DNA from: the human T2T-CHM13v2.0 reference genome, Homo sapiens
Direction: 5' to 3' (one strand)
NCBI RefSeq assembly: GCF_009914755.1
Contig: NC_060925.1
DNA: 64,000 bases
In this document: positions 1-15,109 of the stretch, in pieces
How positions within the stretch are numbered: the first letter of the stretch is position 1
How the letters are laid out: every line of letters begins with the position of its first letter
The notes under the pieces: generated by a model
Told to the model about the DNA's origin: nothing
Databases searched by the model: none
The model's input: the letters and a program-made list of their open reading frames with translations, nothing else
Translations under genes and position numbers: made by a program

Positions 1-205
1 GCCCCATTGGTGGATTACAGTAAGTGCTCCAGAAGAAAGAGAATAGAGTAGGTAGCCTTTGAGGGCCAAGAGAGGAGAATCTGGGATTGTGAGGGCCGGG
101 TTCCTGGATGTTTGGAGGAATCTCTGATTAAACCAAGAGAAAAGAAAACTAGACACAGGCCTTAATATTAGAGCATTAATAATTGAGCAATATCATTATT
201 ATTGA

Positions 206-514
<309 letters not shown>

Positions 515-550
515 TGAGCAATGTCTTAATATTAGAGCAATAACCATTGA

Positions 551-739
551 CCAGAGATTCTCAAACTATAGTTAGTCATCACCTTGTGTCAGAATCTCCT
601 GGGGGTATTTGTGAAAAAGGCAAATTCCAGGGTCCCTTCCAGATTTGGTTAACCCAAATCTTTGTAGTGGGTCCAGGTAATCTGCATTTTAATAGTTCAC
701 TGGGGAGACCTATTCCACTCTTAGATTGGAGAACCACTG
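551..739. mobile_element. MER5-like hAT-Charlie DNA transposon remnant
   Basis: Termini cagagattctcaaa / tggagaaccactg and internal aatctgcattttaa motif. Confidence 0.6.
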
Positions 740-1251
740 TCTGCAAAGCACAGATTTGGATGGGGTGCTAGAAGGCTGCAGAAGGGGAACAGAGGGGTGC
801 TGCTGGGATTGGTCTGGGCTGGGAAACGTAAATTAGGTTAAGGCAAATGGTATGGGCTGGGAGGCTTTTCTGAGCTGAGGATTCTGAGCTCTCCTGCTGA
901 GCTGTTATCCTAGAATGGATCAGAACCAGACTCTGGGAAGATCTTGGCCCCTTCTGTGGCTCCTAGAGAGGAGGGAGTAGTCTAAGCCAATTCTCCCCTC
1001 TATGCCAGAGTGGCTGGCCTAGGTTAAGCAAGGACCCAGGCTTGACTGACCTAATTTATTATTTCTGTTCCTTTCCTGTTTGCGTTCTCACTTCCACTCT
1101 GAAGGGAAAATACAGTTCTAGTCTCATCAGGAGGGGAAGCAGCCAGCTGTTTACAGGCTGAACATCTAGGGTGGGGGTGGGGAAGTAGACATTGGATAGG
1201 AAACAGTTCCAGCCCCCTCCTCCCTCCAGCCACAGCTGATGAAGTCATTAC

Positions 1252-1420
1252 CTGGGGCAGTAATATTGACTTCCGGGAAGACGGACTGTACGGTCTGGCG
1301 GAGCAGCTGGTAGCCCAAGGCCTTGTCATCAGAAGGGCTGACGGGGAGGGGGTCAAAGGCACTCAACACATGGAACTGGACTCTGTTATCAGCCACAATG
1401 TTCTTCGTGAGTTCTAGGAC
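1252..1420 (-). CDS. PM20D1: PM20D1 exon 11 (VLELTKNIVADNRVQF...EVNITAP); remaining exons lie left of the window
   Basis: ctggag acceptor, gtaatg donor, 169 nt; frame continues from exon 10. Confidence 0.94.
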
Positions 1421-2327
1421 CTCCAGGGTAGAAACAAAGGGGGTTCGATTTCTTATTGATTTCTATACATGTACAATATGGGCTTAAATATCCTGATTTC
1501 TTTCCAGCAAGGCAGAGCCTCAGGGTTTACAGACAGGACTTATTTTTTTTAAGCACTGGGACTTCAATTTCAGCTGACTGGCTATAGGTGATGTAAGAGC
1601 TGGGTCTTCCTGGAAAGCAACCTACAGCATGATAGATTTAGGTTAAATGTTTTGGGAGACTTGTCTTACAGTCATGAATCAGATCTTGAATTGGAACAAA
1701 TTTACATGAGCAATCAAACCAACGAAGTGGCAAGGGGATGGCCTGGCTGGAAAATTGACTACTGGGTCACTACAGAGCAATGCCTGGGCTCTCTTGAAAG
1801 CCTATAGCTATTCTTACGAAAAGCACCATTTCAGCCAGGAACATGGAATCTCCTTCCAAGGGCATTGGTGAGATATCCCTTCGATGGAAAGTTGGATGGG
1901 AATTGGAAAATCAGGAAGTTATGTATCTTTCCCCTTGGGTGGTGAGCCACAGGCTGGATGAAAGTGTCGAAGACACAGCAGAATGTCAATCATCTCGAGG
2001 CTGGGGAATAGATGTGATGACCTGGCTTCAGCCTCGGAGAACCTCAGACAGGTAATAAAAGGGTCACACACTTTTTTCCCCCTCTCTGGGCATTTCTGCT
2101 TCCTGTTTGTAACCAGCTGCACTGGAGCCAGGAAGATGAGCTCAACACAGACAAAAAGTCAGAAGTTATGATACTTGTATTCAAGTTTTCTCTCTTTGCT
2201 TCGTTTCCTTGGGAAAGAACCTAAGGAAACTCCTAGAAAATTCTGTCTGAAACGACTAGAGTGAATCCAGAAAAATTCCTGGCTGCAGTCAGGAAGTAGA
2301 CCAGACCCTGAGGATTAGGTCACATAG

Positions 2328-3110
<783 letters not shown>

Positions 3111-3944
3111 CCAAGAGTACCTCTTTTATGCCAGAAGAATGTTAGGAGTTGAGTCTGGAGAGGAAGTGAAGGTTCCCACTTCTGGCTTAGAAACCACCAT
3201 TTGAATCAAAACAAATATCCTGCTATTGGATGGGCAAAGGGGTCATCAAAGTGTATTCTCACTTCTCAGAGCATATTTTCACTCTAGCACTTATAATACA
3301 AATATCCTAATACAAGAATTAATGCACGGTCTTGACATATTCTCAGCCCATTGGCAAGTTTCTGAAGTCAGCCTCCATGAGGTGGGTTGGGACTGTGCCC
3401 ACTGCCCCAAATTCCTTAGAAGTCCCTCCAGAAATCGAAGAAGGCATGCAGAATGGATCCCTTCAGTAAGAGGCTGCAGGAGCTCAGGTTTCCCACTAGC
3501 TGCTGGGCCAGGCAGGGACTGTGTCTGACTCAAGGGCAGGGACTGTGTCTATCTCATTTCCGCATTTCCAGTAGCAAGCACATAAAAGTCATGCAATAAA
3601 TCTTGGATACATAAAATTTAAAAGATGTGAACCAATAAAAATAAGAATAGGTGTTGATTCATTAAATAACTTGCCATGGGTTATACAGTCAGTATTGTCA
3701 GGTCGGGTATCTGTCTGACTTTACAGGAATAATGCTTTACTGCTTCCTAAGTACGTACAGTTAGAGGTGGTGTGGAGTATAACCTGAGAGGAGGTGTTCA
3801 TCTGAGATGGACTCCTTAGTGGTATGAATGTTTAGCCCAAGTTTCAAGGAAGGATATGAAACTGACAGAGACAAGGTAACAGATCGTCTGAGCATGGAGA
3901 AGGGCAGGCACAAAAATTGAGATGTGACAACCAACTTTGTGCCT

Positions 3945-4395
<451 letters not shown>

Positions 4396-4501
4396 TGCTT
4401 ATTTAGAATAGAGGGACCACCTTGGGCAAGAATCGGAGGTACAAGAATGGAACTAGGAGGAGAGACTTGTCAATGGTGAGAGACCTCAAAGGTGACTTTA
4501 G

Positions 4502-4828
<327 letters not shown>

Positions 4829-5174
4829 CAGATCTCCTGTAGTTCTTTCAGTGCATTCTCACAACCTTATGTTGTTCTCTGTTTTATGTGTAGAGATATT
4901 TTCCTCTAAGTGAACGGTACAGCTGTTGAAGGCAAGGACAATGGATACTTAAAAACAGGTAAGGTCTTTAGAGTTAGCAAGTCCAGCTTCTGTCCTGCTG
5001 TAAGGCTGCTCATCAGAAAACTCAAGACAGGTTGTCATCCCATCTGCTGCAATATTTCCAGTGGCAGAAAGCTCGTCACTGCATGCTATATACCATTCCA
5101 TTTTTGAGTAGTTCAGTTATAAATATCTTGCTTATAACTCAGATATGGTGTCCCGTAATATCTAATCCCTCTCC

Positions 5175-5473
<299 letters not shown>

Positions 5474-5574
5474 TGACAATGAATATACTCCACAGGATGT
5501 AATATAGTACTAGACGCATCATAAACACTCAGCAGAATCTTACCTGTCAAAATTAGAGGGCATCTGTACTGCTT

Positions 5575-5900
5575 CCCACTTTGTGCTCTTGCTGCCTGGA
5601 TGCTATTGCCAGGTCTTTGCTCCTCCTCAGAGAGGGCTTCAGTGACCATCACATTTAAAGGACCTCACTGCTGTACTTCTGCCCCACAATTACTCTGTGA
5701 CACAGCATCCTATTACTTTCTTTGTGGTATTTACCACTTAAAAAAAATTTCCTTGCTTACTGCTGTCTCTTCGCTAGAATGTAAACACCATTAGAATGGG
5801 AATCTTGTCTGTCTTGTTCACCATTCTCCCAAATGCTTAGAAGAATGTCTAGTCCACAGTAGCTACCAATAGACACTTGAATGAATAAATGAAGGAAGAA
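5575..5900 (+). mobile_element. L2 3' fragment
   Basis: ctagaatgtaaaca...tgtctgtcttgttcacc...ttgaatgaataaatgaa L2 tail pattern. Confidence 0.65.
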
Positions 5901-6959
5901 AGGAAAGAATCTTCTCTACAACACTCTTATTGAGCCCTTTTAGTGATGAGGAGCACAATCATTGTCCAAGATAGCACATTCCAAAACTCTCCCTCAAGTG
6001 GAGACTCCCTCAAACATCTCCCACTGGCCTTCTCTCTACTCCTTCAGGCCCATTCAGGACACACCTTCCTTTCCACATGGCAGCCTCTTGGATTTCTGAA
6101 GGTTCTGTTCCTCACAGATAGGTGCTGGAGACCTATCTACAACTGAAGTTGAATATGGAGCAAGAGAACTCTGGGGGCGGCCTGTGTTCCTGCTGGATCC
6201 AGCCCGAGGCTCTGTGCACAGGGAGTGCAGCAGGGAGTGTTCCTGACGCATGGAACTGGGGCTGGAGGGAGAGGAGTAACCAGGACAAATGCGCCCACAA
6301 GCTTTCTGAATATGGAGGCTTTCCATTCCTCACTGCGGCACGTGGGCAGGATGGACCTAGGGATTCCAGGGGTTTCATCAGAGAGACCGGAAGGAAGGTC
6401 ACTGTGGCAAGGGAGTAGAGAGGAGGGAAGAGTGCCAGGACCTGGGGAGATGAAAGCCCCAGCTGGGTGGAAAACAGCCCTTGGAAAGGGCATGGAGTTG
6501 GAATGAGGCTGGAAAAAAACTAGTGGAAAGAAGCTCAATGAGGGGAATTCAGTGATTTCCTGGCCCCATGAGACCCCAGGGAGAGGACAAAGGTTGGCAC
6601 CTGATGAAAGGCAGGAGAACCCAGGGCTCACATTGGTCCTAACTACCCCCCACTCCCCCAACCCCCTCAATGCTGGGTGGCTCTGGGCAGGATGTCAACC
6701 TTCTCCCCGCTCTACAATGAGGAGTGTGCCTCTCTCCTTGCATGAGGACAATTAAAGTCCTCTCTGGGGAAGAACTTAGGAGAAAGGACCATAGAAGTCC
6801 AAGTGCCACTGACCCTTGATGATCTGTGGCACAGAACTGCCCCTAACCCTGGTATATTCTGGAATGTATTACTCATCTGATAGTCACTGGGTTGTCTTTT
6901 TGGATCTTTTTTTTGTTTTTGAAGCATTGGGTTTACCTTTTGAATTCCTTTTAGCTCAG

Positions 6960-7990
6960 CCTGATGTTTAAATAAGCTGGCATTTACTGTGGATGTCAGA
7001 CATTCTGTGTAACTTCTACTCACCCTTCAGTTTTCAGCTTAAACATTACTGCCTTAGGAAGCCCTGCCTGATTCCCAGATGGGGTCTGGTTCCTTGTTAT
7101 ATTCTCTAACAAGCACCAGGTTCCTCTTCATTATAGCACTCATCGTGGTTTGCAATTATACATTCATTTTTAAACTGATGTTTGTAGCAGACCATTGCAA
7201 GGCTCTGGCCTCAACTCTTTTCTCTCCTAGCTCTCTGCACCTTCTTCCCATGGGCTTTTATTGAATCTAGAGGTTCCCATGATGTTAATGACACTCCAGC
7301 CTATATCTCTAGTTCATATCTCTCTCCAGACCTGAGGTATTTATAATTGCCTATTTCATATGTTATAAGCTTCTCAAACTTCCAAATTATGATATTCTTG
7401 AACTTGTTTTAATTTCTGAATTCCCAATCTTAGTCAAAGGCATTAACTACTTGGTCAACTACCCAGGTTAAAAACCTTGGAGCCATCCTGCTTTTCTCTC
7501 GCTCCATACCCATATACATACCACATCCTATTGAACCCACCTCTCTCCCACCTCTGGTGGTTGCTCTCTTCTCCACCCCACGAGCATGGCCTCAGTCCAG
7601 ACCTTCACATGCACTACCTAAGATGCTGAAATAGCTCTCTGTCTCCTTCTCTTCCAGCACTCCCTCTGCAATGCTGCTAGCATGACCTCTCTAAAAGCAA
7701 ATCTGAGTATTTGGTTGAAGACCTCTAAAAGTTCTCTCCTGCCACAGATTTCACAGATTAGGGCCCAAACTCCTCAGCATAGCATACAAGGCCTAGATCC
7801 CTAAACTACAACTCCATTTCCTATCAGTTTTCATCTCCTATTACTTGTCCCCAGTTTATTCTATTCGTTAAGCCACAATGAATGTCTTACTTCTAGCCAA
7901 GTTCTGTTTTTCCTCTAAGGCCCAGTTCAACATTTTAGTAGTCAGAAAAGACTTTTTTGACCCTAAGAAGTAGCATGAATTTCTTTCTTT
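6960..7990 (+). mobile_element. Degenerate L2 fragments
   Basis: L2-like pyrimidine-rich motifs (aaccttggagccatcc, cccaaactcctcagcatagcatacaaggcc). Confidence 0.5.
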
Positions 7991-8218
7991 GCAGTGGTCC
8001 TATGGCAATTTGTTCACCTCTAATTTTTATAATCATAGTTTAGGGTTGTGGCTAAAAGCACAAACTCTGGAACTAGACTGCTAGATATATAATCTTGGGT
8101 ATGCTGTTTGATTGCTCTGGTACTCTGTACCTCAATTTTCACCAGTTAAATGCAGATTTAGGGTGGGTAGTTGTGAGGATTAAAATGTATGGGTATACCT
8201 TAGAAAGGTGCCAAATAT

Positions 8219-8670
<452 letters not shown>

Positions 8671-8907
8671 TTACTATAGGTATTGCTATCATTTATTCAT
8701 ACTCATCTTCCATTTCAGACCCCATGTTTACCCAAACCCAGGATCTCCAATCCTAATGAAGTATCCGGTGCATAGGTTGTCTTTGAAAAATGTTGGTTGA
8801 ATAAATGGGACACTGGACCAGCCCTAGGACTGTAGTTAAACCCGGGCCCTGAGGGCCACATCTCCCTGATGCTGCATGAGTTGTTGTCTGGAACATATGG
8901 TACATAC

Positions 8908-8979
8908 CTCTTGGACTGTCTGTCCAGGGTGAATCCGGAAGTTGACTGTGGCCTGGGCCACTGGGGGGATGACATTGAA
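8908..8979 (-). CDS. PM20D1: PM20D1 exon 10 (FNVIPPVAQATVNFRIHPGQTVQE)
   Basis: ctctag acceptor, gtatgt donor, 72 nt; M20 NVIP...NFR motif. Confidence 0.95.
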
Positions 8980-9470
8980 CTAGAGAGAGAAGCACAAAAC
9001 CCTGGCTTGAGTCAACCTCAAATCTTCTACATCTGCCTGCCCAGGAAATGCTAATTTCCTCAGCTCAGGCAGAGTTGGCTGATTTGACTTAAGGACCCAA
9101 GGCTTAGCTTTTCTAGTCTGCCTCTTGTCTTCTCTGAACTAAGTGACATGTTATATTCAGAGCTGAAGGGGTGTCTCTGCTTTAAGCCAGACCTTCCTGC
9201 TTCTTGGTGCTGCAGGGGGTCACAGAGATGTTCAGAGCAAGGCTGCTTTCTCTGATCACCCAGATATCTCTGTTTTGGCCCCATGCTGTGCTATTAGAAG
9301 CCTTCTGTGTGCACTTTCTTTCCCAGCACACCCAGGACATTTCTGCAGCTGTTAACATTAGTGCTTACTCACGATGGGGCAGCCAGAGCCTCTGTTGACC
9401 CCCATCATGGCATAGCACGGGGCTCACATCAGGTTTGATCCTTGAGGGGGATGAGAAGAACACATACTCC

Positions 9471-9780
9471 TCACATATTCCTGGTCAGGCAGGAACAAAA
9501 GAGTGACAGAAAAGTAACCTTCAGAGTAAGAAAAGGACCCTAGTGCTGGCCAGTGCTCTGCCTGTTCTCACCTATTCCCAGCCAGTGACTGAGCCAAGAC
9601 AGAGGGATCTGGCTTGTTCTCTAGGGCTGTTAGTATGTTTCTGAGACCCTAAGACCTAACATAACCTTTGGGAGCTGGTTCCCTCTTATCCTTGAGGCTG
9701 CTGAGCAATTGTTCTAACCAATCAGATAAGCCAGTCAGGCAGTAATTGCCTCCCCATTCCCGACCTTCTAGCAGGGATTG
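9471..9780. repeat. Intron 9 arm of a ~310 bp inverted repeat (partner 11006-11316)
   Basis: Reverse complement aligns to 11006-11316 at roughly 85-90%; no TE recognised. Confidence 0.92.
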
Positions 9781-10466
9781 GTGGTTTCCCAGGTCCAGTT
9801 GTAAAATCTGACTTTTTTGCCTGACCAGGAGGAATCCAGGACTAACTGGAGAAAAGAGTTAGGCTATGGAGGGATTGTTCCTTGGAGGCCGGGAGACTCC
9901 CCAAGTGCATATCTTTCTTTGAACTCGTATGGTGCAAAAAAGCACTAAGTGGTCAGGGACAGAGCTGGGCTGTTGCAAATTAGCTGTTGCAACCTCTTTG
10001 TGCCTCTGTTTTCTCAACTGGGTATTGGGGCAATACTCATAGGACTCTTAGAAGGCTCAGATGGAGTAACAAAGTATCCTGGGGAGATGAAAACACCATT
10101 CAAATGTCAGGACACAGTGCTATTATTCTGATGAACACTACAGCTGACACACTGGACAGTCCAGTGAGTTATGCCAGGAATTAATTCAGAGGCATCATTC
10201 ACTTATATACCCGATTACTAGAGTGCTTCAAGGTCACATTGTACTCTAGGTGAATGGTGCCCCCTGAAGTTGTGCTGGTGGTACTGGCAGTTACAAGAAT
10301 GGTCTAACTCCCTTCAAGATTTCAGAAAGGCCTATGTCTTTGCGTGGCTAGGCTTGGATCCAGCTGACACACACAGAAGGAAGGAAGAGCCAGTAGATAG
10401 ATTCAAGGAAGGGAGGAGTGGAGGGCGGTAGGGAAAAGCTATATGGGGAGGAACCAGGGATGTTAC

Positions 10467-10545
10467 CTTGACCCCTGCTTTGAATATGGTGAGTGCCGTG
10501 GTGGTCCTGATTATTGCATTGGTTAAGGGATTTCTCTCCATAAAC
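10467..10545 (-). CDS. PM20D1: PM20D1 exon 9 (FMERNPLTNAIIRTTTALTIFKAGVK)
   Basis: ttttag acceptor, gtaaca donor, 79 nt. Confidence 0.95.
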
Positions 10546-10809
10546 CTAAAACAAAAGGACCAAGGTCAGATGTTAGAAAGAACCAATGGGGTGAAGGAAA
10601 GGGCGGAAACATTACCCACTTTCCTGAACCTTGGGGATCTTTAAGACTGAGAGAGACGTCTTAGAGATGTCTTAAATATACACACTTAGAGATGCAGTAT
10701 CTGGTGGCTGAGGGATGATTAGTCAGGCCCAGTTAAGCCAAGGAGAGGGGCCTGGGGGGTGGGTAGGTTTGAGGTGAGGGATGTGAAAAAAGGAAAGATA
10801 ATACTTTAC

Positions 10810-10871
10810 CTGCTTATAAGTGGTTCAAATAGCCATGGGTTGCTCAGGATTATATTGACAGGGAAGGGAAA
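10810..10871 (-). CDS. PM20D1: PM20D1 exon 8 (FPFPVNIILSNPWLFEPLIS)
   Basis: tttcccag acceptor, gtaaag donor, 62 nt. Confidence 0.94.
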
Positions 10872-11005
10872 CTGGGAAAGAACAAGGTCAGCACCACAGG
10901 GTCACCTCTAGTTTAGCCTGGGTCTCTGAGACCTGAGTCTCTCTCTACTTTAGAGCTGCCTCAGGGGCCCTTAGCAGTCAGGAGTGCTGCTAAATTCAGT
11001 TAGCT

Positions 11006-11316
11006 CAATCCCTGCTAGAGGATCAGGAATAGGGAGGCAATTACTGTCTGGCTGGGCTTATCTGGTTGGTTAGAACAATTGCTTAGCAACCTCAAGGATA
11101 AGTGGGAACCAGCTCCCAAAGGGTAGATTAGGTCTTAGGGTCTCAGAAACACACTAACAGCCGTAGAGAACAAGCCAGATCCCTGTGTCTTGGCTCAGCC
11201 ACTGGCTGGGAATAGGTGAGAATAGGCAGAGTGCTGGACAGTACTAGGGTCCTTTTCTTACTCTAAAGGTTACTTTTCTGTCCGTCTTTTGTTCCTAGCT
11301 GATTAGGAGTATGTGA
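11006..11316. repeat. Intron 7 arm of a ~310 bp inverted repeat (partner 9471-9780)
   Basis: For example gtttctgagaccctaagacctaa in the left arm versus ttaggtcttagggtctcagaaac here. Confidence 0.92.
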
Positions 11317-11331
11317 TACTTCTTCCCATAC

Positions 11332-11407
11332 CTCATTTGCCAGTTGCTGCAATACAGTCACCACTGTCCCGCTTCCAAATATGATAGGCATTGGTGTCTG
11401 CTCCAAT
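11332..11407 (-). CDS. PM20D1: PM20D1 exon 7 (LEQTPMPIIFGSGTVVTVLQQLANE)
   Basis: ttccag acceptor, gtatgg donor, 76 nt, frame continuity. Confidence 0.94.
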
Positions 11408-12032
11408 CTGGAAGAGAAACAGAGTCCTCAAGACTTAGCGAACCCCAGCCAAAGATCAGTGGCTTGAAGAGGAGAAGAAGGGAGATAGGAGGAAGTTTCA
11501 ACGCTCCTGGCCAAGAGGTCTCTCATTCACCTCCCTCCCACCTCCACCAACTCAACATTCTGAAGATCTCAAAACATCCCCAGGAGCTTTCCCTGTCTAC
11601 CAAGTCTGCATTAGGGTCCTTCTTTCCTCCCTCTGCTGTTCTCTAGAATCCTGTGTGTCCACTCTCATAGCCCATCCCATACTACAGCAGAATTGTCAGT
11701 CTCCTGACAATTTGAATGAATATAGCACTCCTTCCCACTTTGCTAAGAAAACCCAGCCAGGAGTAAGCTCTGCTGTTACAGATTCTGCTGTCCTCATTCA
11801 TAGCCAGCAACTCTTATTTATTTTTGTCCTCCTGCCAGGACAGGTGGAGAATTTCGACAGCTCTACCAGTCATTGCCAATTTGTGATTCTAAATGTCTGG
11901 ACTCTGGACTACTCTAGCTGCCTGACCTAGCTTCTGCCTGTAGGTCCTTGCTTTCCATATGGATATACTGACAGATCCTCTTCTGACTCCAGCCCTTGCA
12001 GGATACTGGTGGCTCTGTCTCTCCTGTGGCTC

Positions 12033-12207
12033 CCCCAACCCCCACCTTGGAAGGAATTCTCACTCCATTTGAGATGACCCCAGCCTGGTATCTGTGAGCC
12101 ATGCTGAGATAACTCTTTATTTACACCTGTTGTATTAATCATCTGGATCTTTAGTCTGTCCTGGGCTTCCCCTTCTGTTCTTCCTCTAGTGTCAATTTTT
12201 TATAGCA
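12033..12207. repeat. Intron 6 arm of a ~175 bp inverted repeat (partner 12556-12729)
   Basis: 45 bp perfect core ccatttgagatgaccccagcctggtatctgtgagccatgctgaga; mirrored ORFs MAHRYQAGVISNGVRIPSKV on both strands. Confidence 0.92.
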
Positions 12208-12322
12208 TAGTTTCCCAGCCCAACTTTAGGGCAGGAAGCTTAGCCTCCTCAAATTTAAAGTGGGAAAGTGCCAGGGCTTCCATCTCAAGTCTGGCATGGG
12301 AACAGGGCCAGGAGTTGCTTAC

Positions 12323-12442
12323 CGGCTGACAGCAGCTGCAAGGATGCCAATGCTTGTCTCCTTTGGAGGAGCTGAAGAGTGGCCTGAAGTCATGTTTACT
12401 TGCAGCATGAGGTTCATGGAACCCTTCTCTGAGACTGCAATC
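12323..12442 (-). CDS. PM20D1: PM20D1 exon 6 (IAVSEKGSMNLMLQVNMTSGHSSAPPKETSIGILAAAVS)
   Basis: ttctacag acceptor, gtaagc donor, 120 nt; EKG and GHSS motifs typical of M20 enzymes. Confidence 0.96.
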
Positions 12443-12555
12443 CTGTAGAAGAGGATCGGAAACCACTCTCCTGACTTCTTGCCTCTCTGAATTCTCCCAT
12501 AGGCCCATAGGTCCATCTGTGCAATAGTCTAGTGGGCAAGGAGGTAGCTTCATGC

Positions 12556-12729
12556 TGCTTTAAAAATTTTATACTGGAGGAAGAATGGAAGGGGAAGCCT
12601 AGGAGAGGTTAAAGATTGGGGCGATTAATGCGAGAGGTGTACACAAAGAGTTGTCTCAGCATGGCTCACAGATACCAGGCTGGGGTCATCTCAAATGGGG
12701 TGAGAATTCCCTCCAAGGTGTGGGGTGGG
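12556..12729. repeat. Intron 5 arm of a ~175 bp inverted repeat (partner 12033-12207)
   Basis: Reverse complement aligns to the partner at about 80% overall with a perfect core. Confidence 0.92.
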
Positions 12730-12742
12730 ATGCTTTACTCAC

Positions 12743-12873
12743 AAGGCGATGGGCTTCTTGAAGTTAGGAATGAAATCATCCAAGATGAAGCCCCCCTCGT
12801 CCACAATGAAGGCTAGCTGGACGCCCCTTGACTGTAGCAGGGCTGAGATCCTCTGAGCCCCTGTCCCTGATGA
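12743..12873 (-). CDS. PM20D1: PM20D1 exon 5 (SSGTGAQRISALLQSRGVQLAFIVDEGG...KKPIA)
   Basis: tctgcag acceptor, gtgagt donor, 131 nt; DEG motif. Confidence 0.95.
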
Positions 12874-13466
12874 CTGCAGACATGGAACATAGAGCTATAG
12901 TCCTTCTCAGCCAGAGACAGACCTCCAGACATAGCTAATGGGGACCTATTCAGCCTAGCTAGGGGCTCCAGAACCTTTCTACCTAGTCTCCTTCCTGGGA
13001 GCCAGGGCCCTAGAGAATCCTGCCTTACAGAATTCTGGAATGTCAGAGCTGGCAGGCCTCACCCTCCCTTATTTCACAAATGAAGAAACTGGAGCCAAAA
13101 GAGTGAAGTGACTTGCCCAGGGTCTAAGTAAGTAGCATCATTGGAAATAAAACGCAGTCATCACTCTCCCTTTTCAGTTCTTTTTCCATCACACGTATGC
13201 TTCTCAGGGTATAGGTGATGGACCCACTGCCTGCCTCAGATATTATGAAGGAGTTTGTTAAAAATTCAGATCTAGGGCACAGGGCCCAGGAATCTGAATT
13301 TTGGTCAAGGTCCTTAGATAGTCCTGGCATACAGACACACGGAGAAGTTGGCAAACTACCGTATCATGGAGACCTTGCTGCTGTGGGCAAACTGGACTAG
13401 GGTTAAGCACCCACTCCCCTACCCTCAACAGAGGACAGAGATAGGTATAAGGTGAGGAGGCTCTAC

Positions 13467-13553
13467 CTCCTCATCATGGCCCAGAGAAATGAAGAAAGAT
13501 CTTCGGGGGATGTACTTCCTGATCAGCAGGAGCTCCAAGGCCTGCAGTAATGC
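13467..13553 (-). CDS. PM20D1: PM20D1 exon 4 ([29 protein letters not shown])
   Basis: ccccag acceptor, gtagag donor, 87 nt; M20 DEE motif. Confidence 0.96.
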
Positions 13554-13980
13554 CTGGGGTTCAGAAGCACAATGGAAGAGGAAAAAGACGTTATTTAGGT
13601 GGGAATACCAGGGTATCAGAGACATTCAGTTGCCTGTTATCAGGGCTGGTGGGATGAGGATGTGATAGATTCTCTTGAAAGAGAACAGATTCAAATGGTA
13701 CAGGGGACCTGATGCGGAGAAACAGAACGTTTACCACCTGGAGAAGAGCATAAACATATCAGTGTCAGGACTGAAAGGGTCCCTGGGGACCATTCAATCC
13801 CATTTACAGCTGAGAAATCAAGGCCCAGAGAAGGGAAGTGACAAACTGATGGCTGGAACCCAGGTCTCCTGGAGCCAAGATTCTTTTTACCATTATCTCC
13901 CACCTCCCAGGGTCAGCCAAGCACCCCCATCCTGATTGATCTTTAGGGCCCCAAGGCAGAGGGAACATTGCATCTCAGAC

Positions 13981-14213
13981 CATCACAGAGTTCTTGTCGT
14001 CCAGTGTGCCCCGACCATAGATGACGCCATCACGCTCCAACCCAGAGAATGGGGGCACCTCCCAGCCTTCTTCAGGGGCAGGCACCACATCAAAGTGAGC
14101 CATCAGCAGGTAGGGCTGCAAGCTGGGGTCCGAGCCTTGGATAGTGAACAGGTGGCTATACTCTTCCACGACTTCATGCTGGATAAAGCTGGTGCTGACC
14201 ACTGTAGGAAAGA
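13981..14213 (-). CDS. PM20D1: PM20D1 exon 3 (M20 motifs AHFDVV and GRGTLDDK; H125, D127, D157)
   Basis: cttctag acceptor, gtctga donor, 233 nt; M20 peptidase metal-binding motifs HxD and GRGxxDxK. Confidence 0.97.
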
Positions 14214-14372
14214 CTAGAAGCAAAAAGGGCAGGAAGAGAGAACCAGGGTTAACAGTTTCCTTAGGTTTTCCTACCAAGTTGTGCTTCCTGTTCCTTTATT
14301 TATTTATTTTTTTAAACATGCATCCTCCTTTAGGAAGCCTTCTAGGACAAAGCTAGTCTGATTCCTGATCTA

Positions 14373-14755
<383 letters not shown>

Positions 14756-14760
14756 GACTC

Positions 14761-15109
<349 letters not shown>

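Noticed and set aside
6054-6755. Cluster of overlapping ORFs up to 177 aa in intron 10
   Set aside because: GC-rich intron with few stops; no recognisable domain or splice structure.
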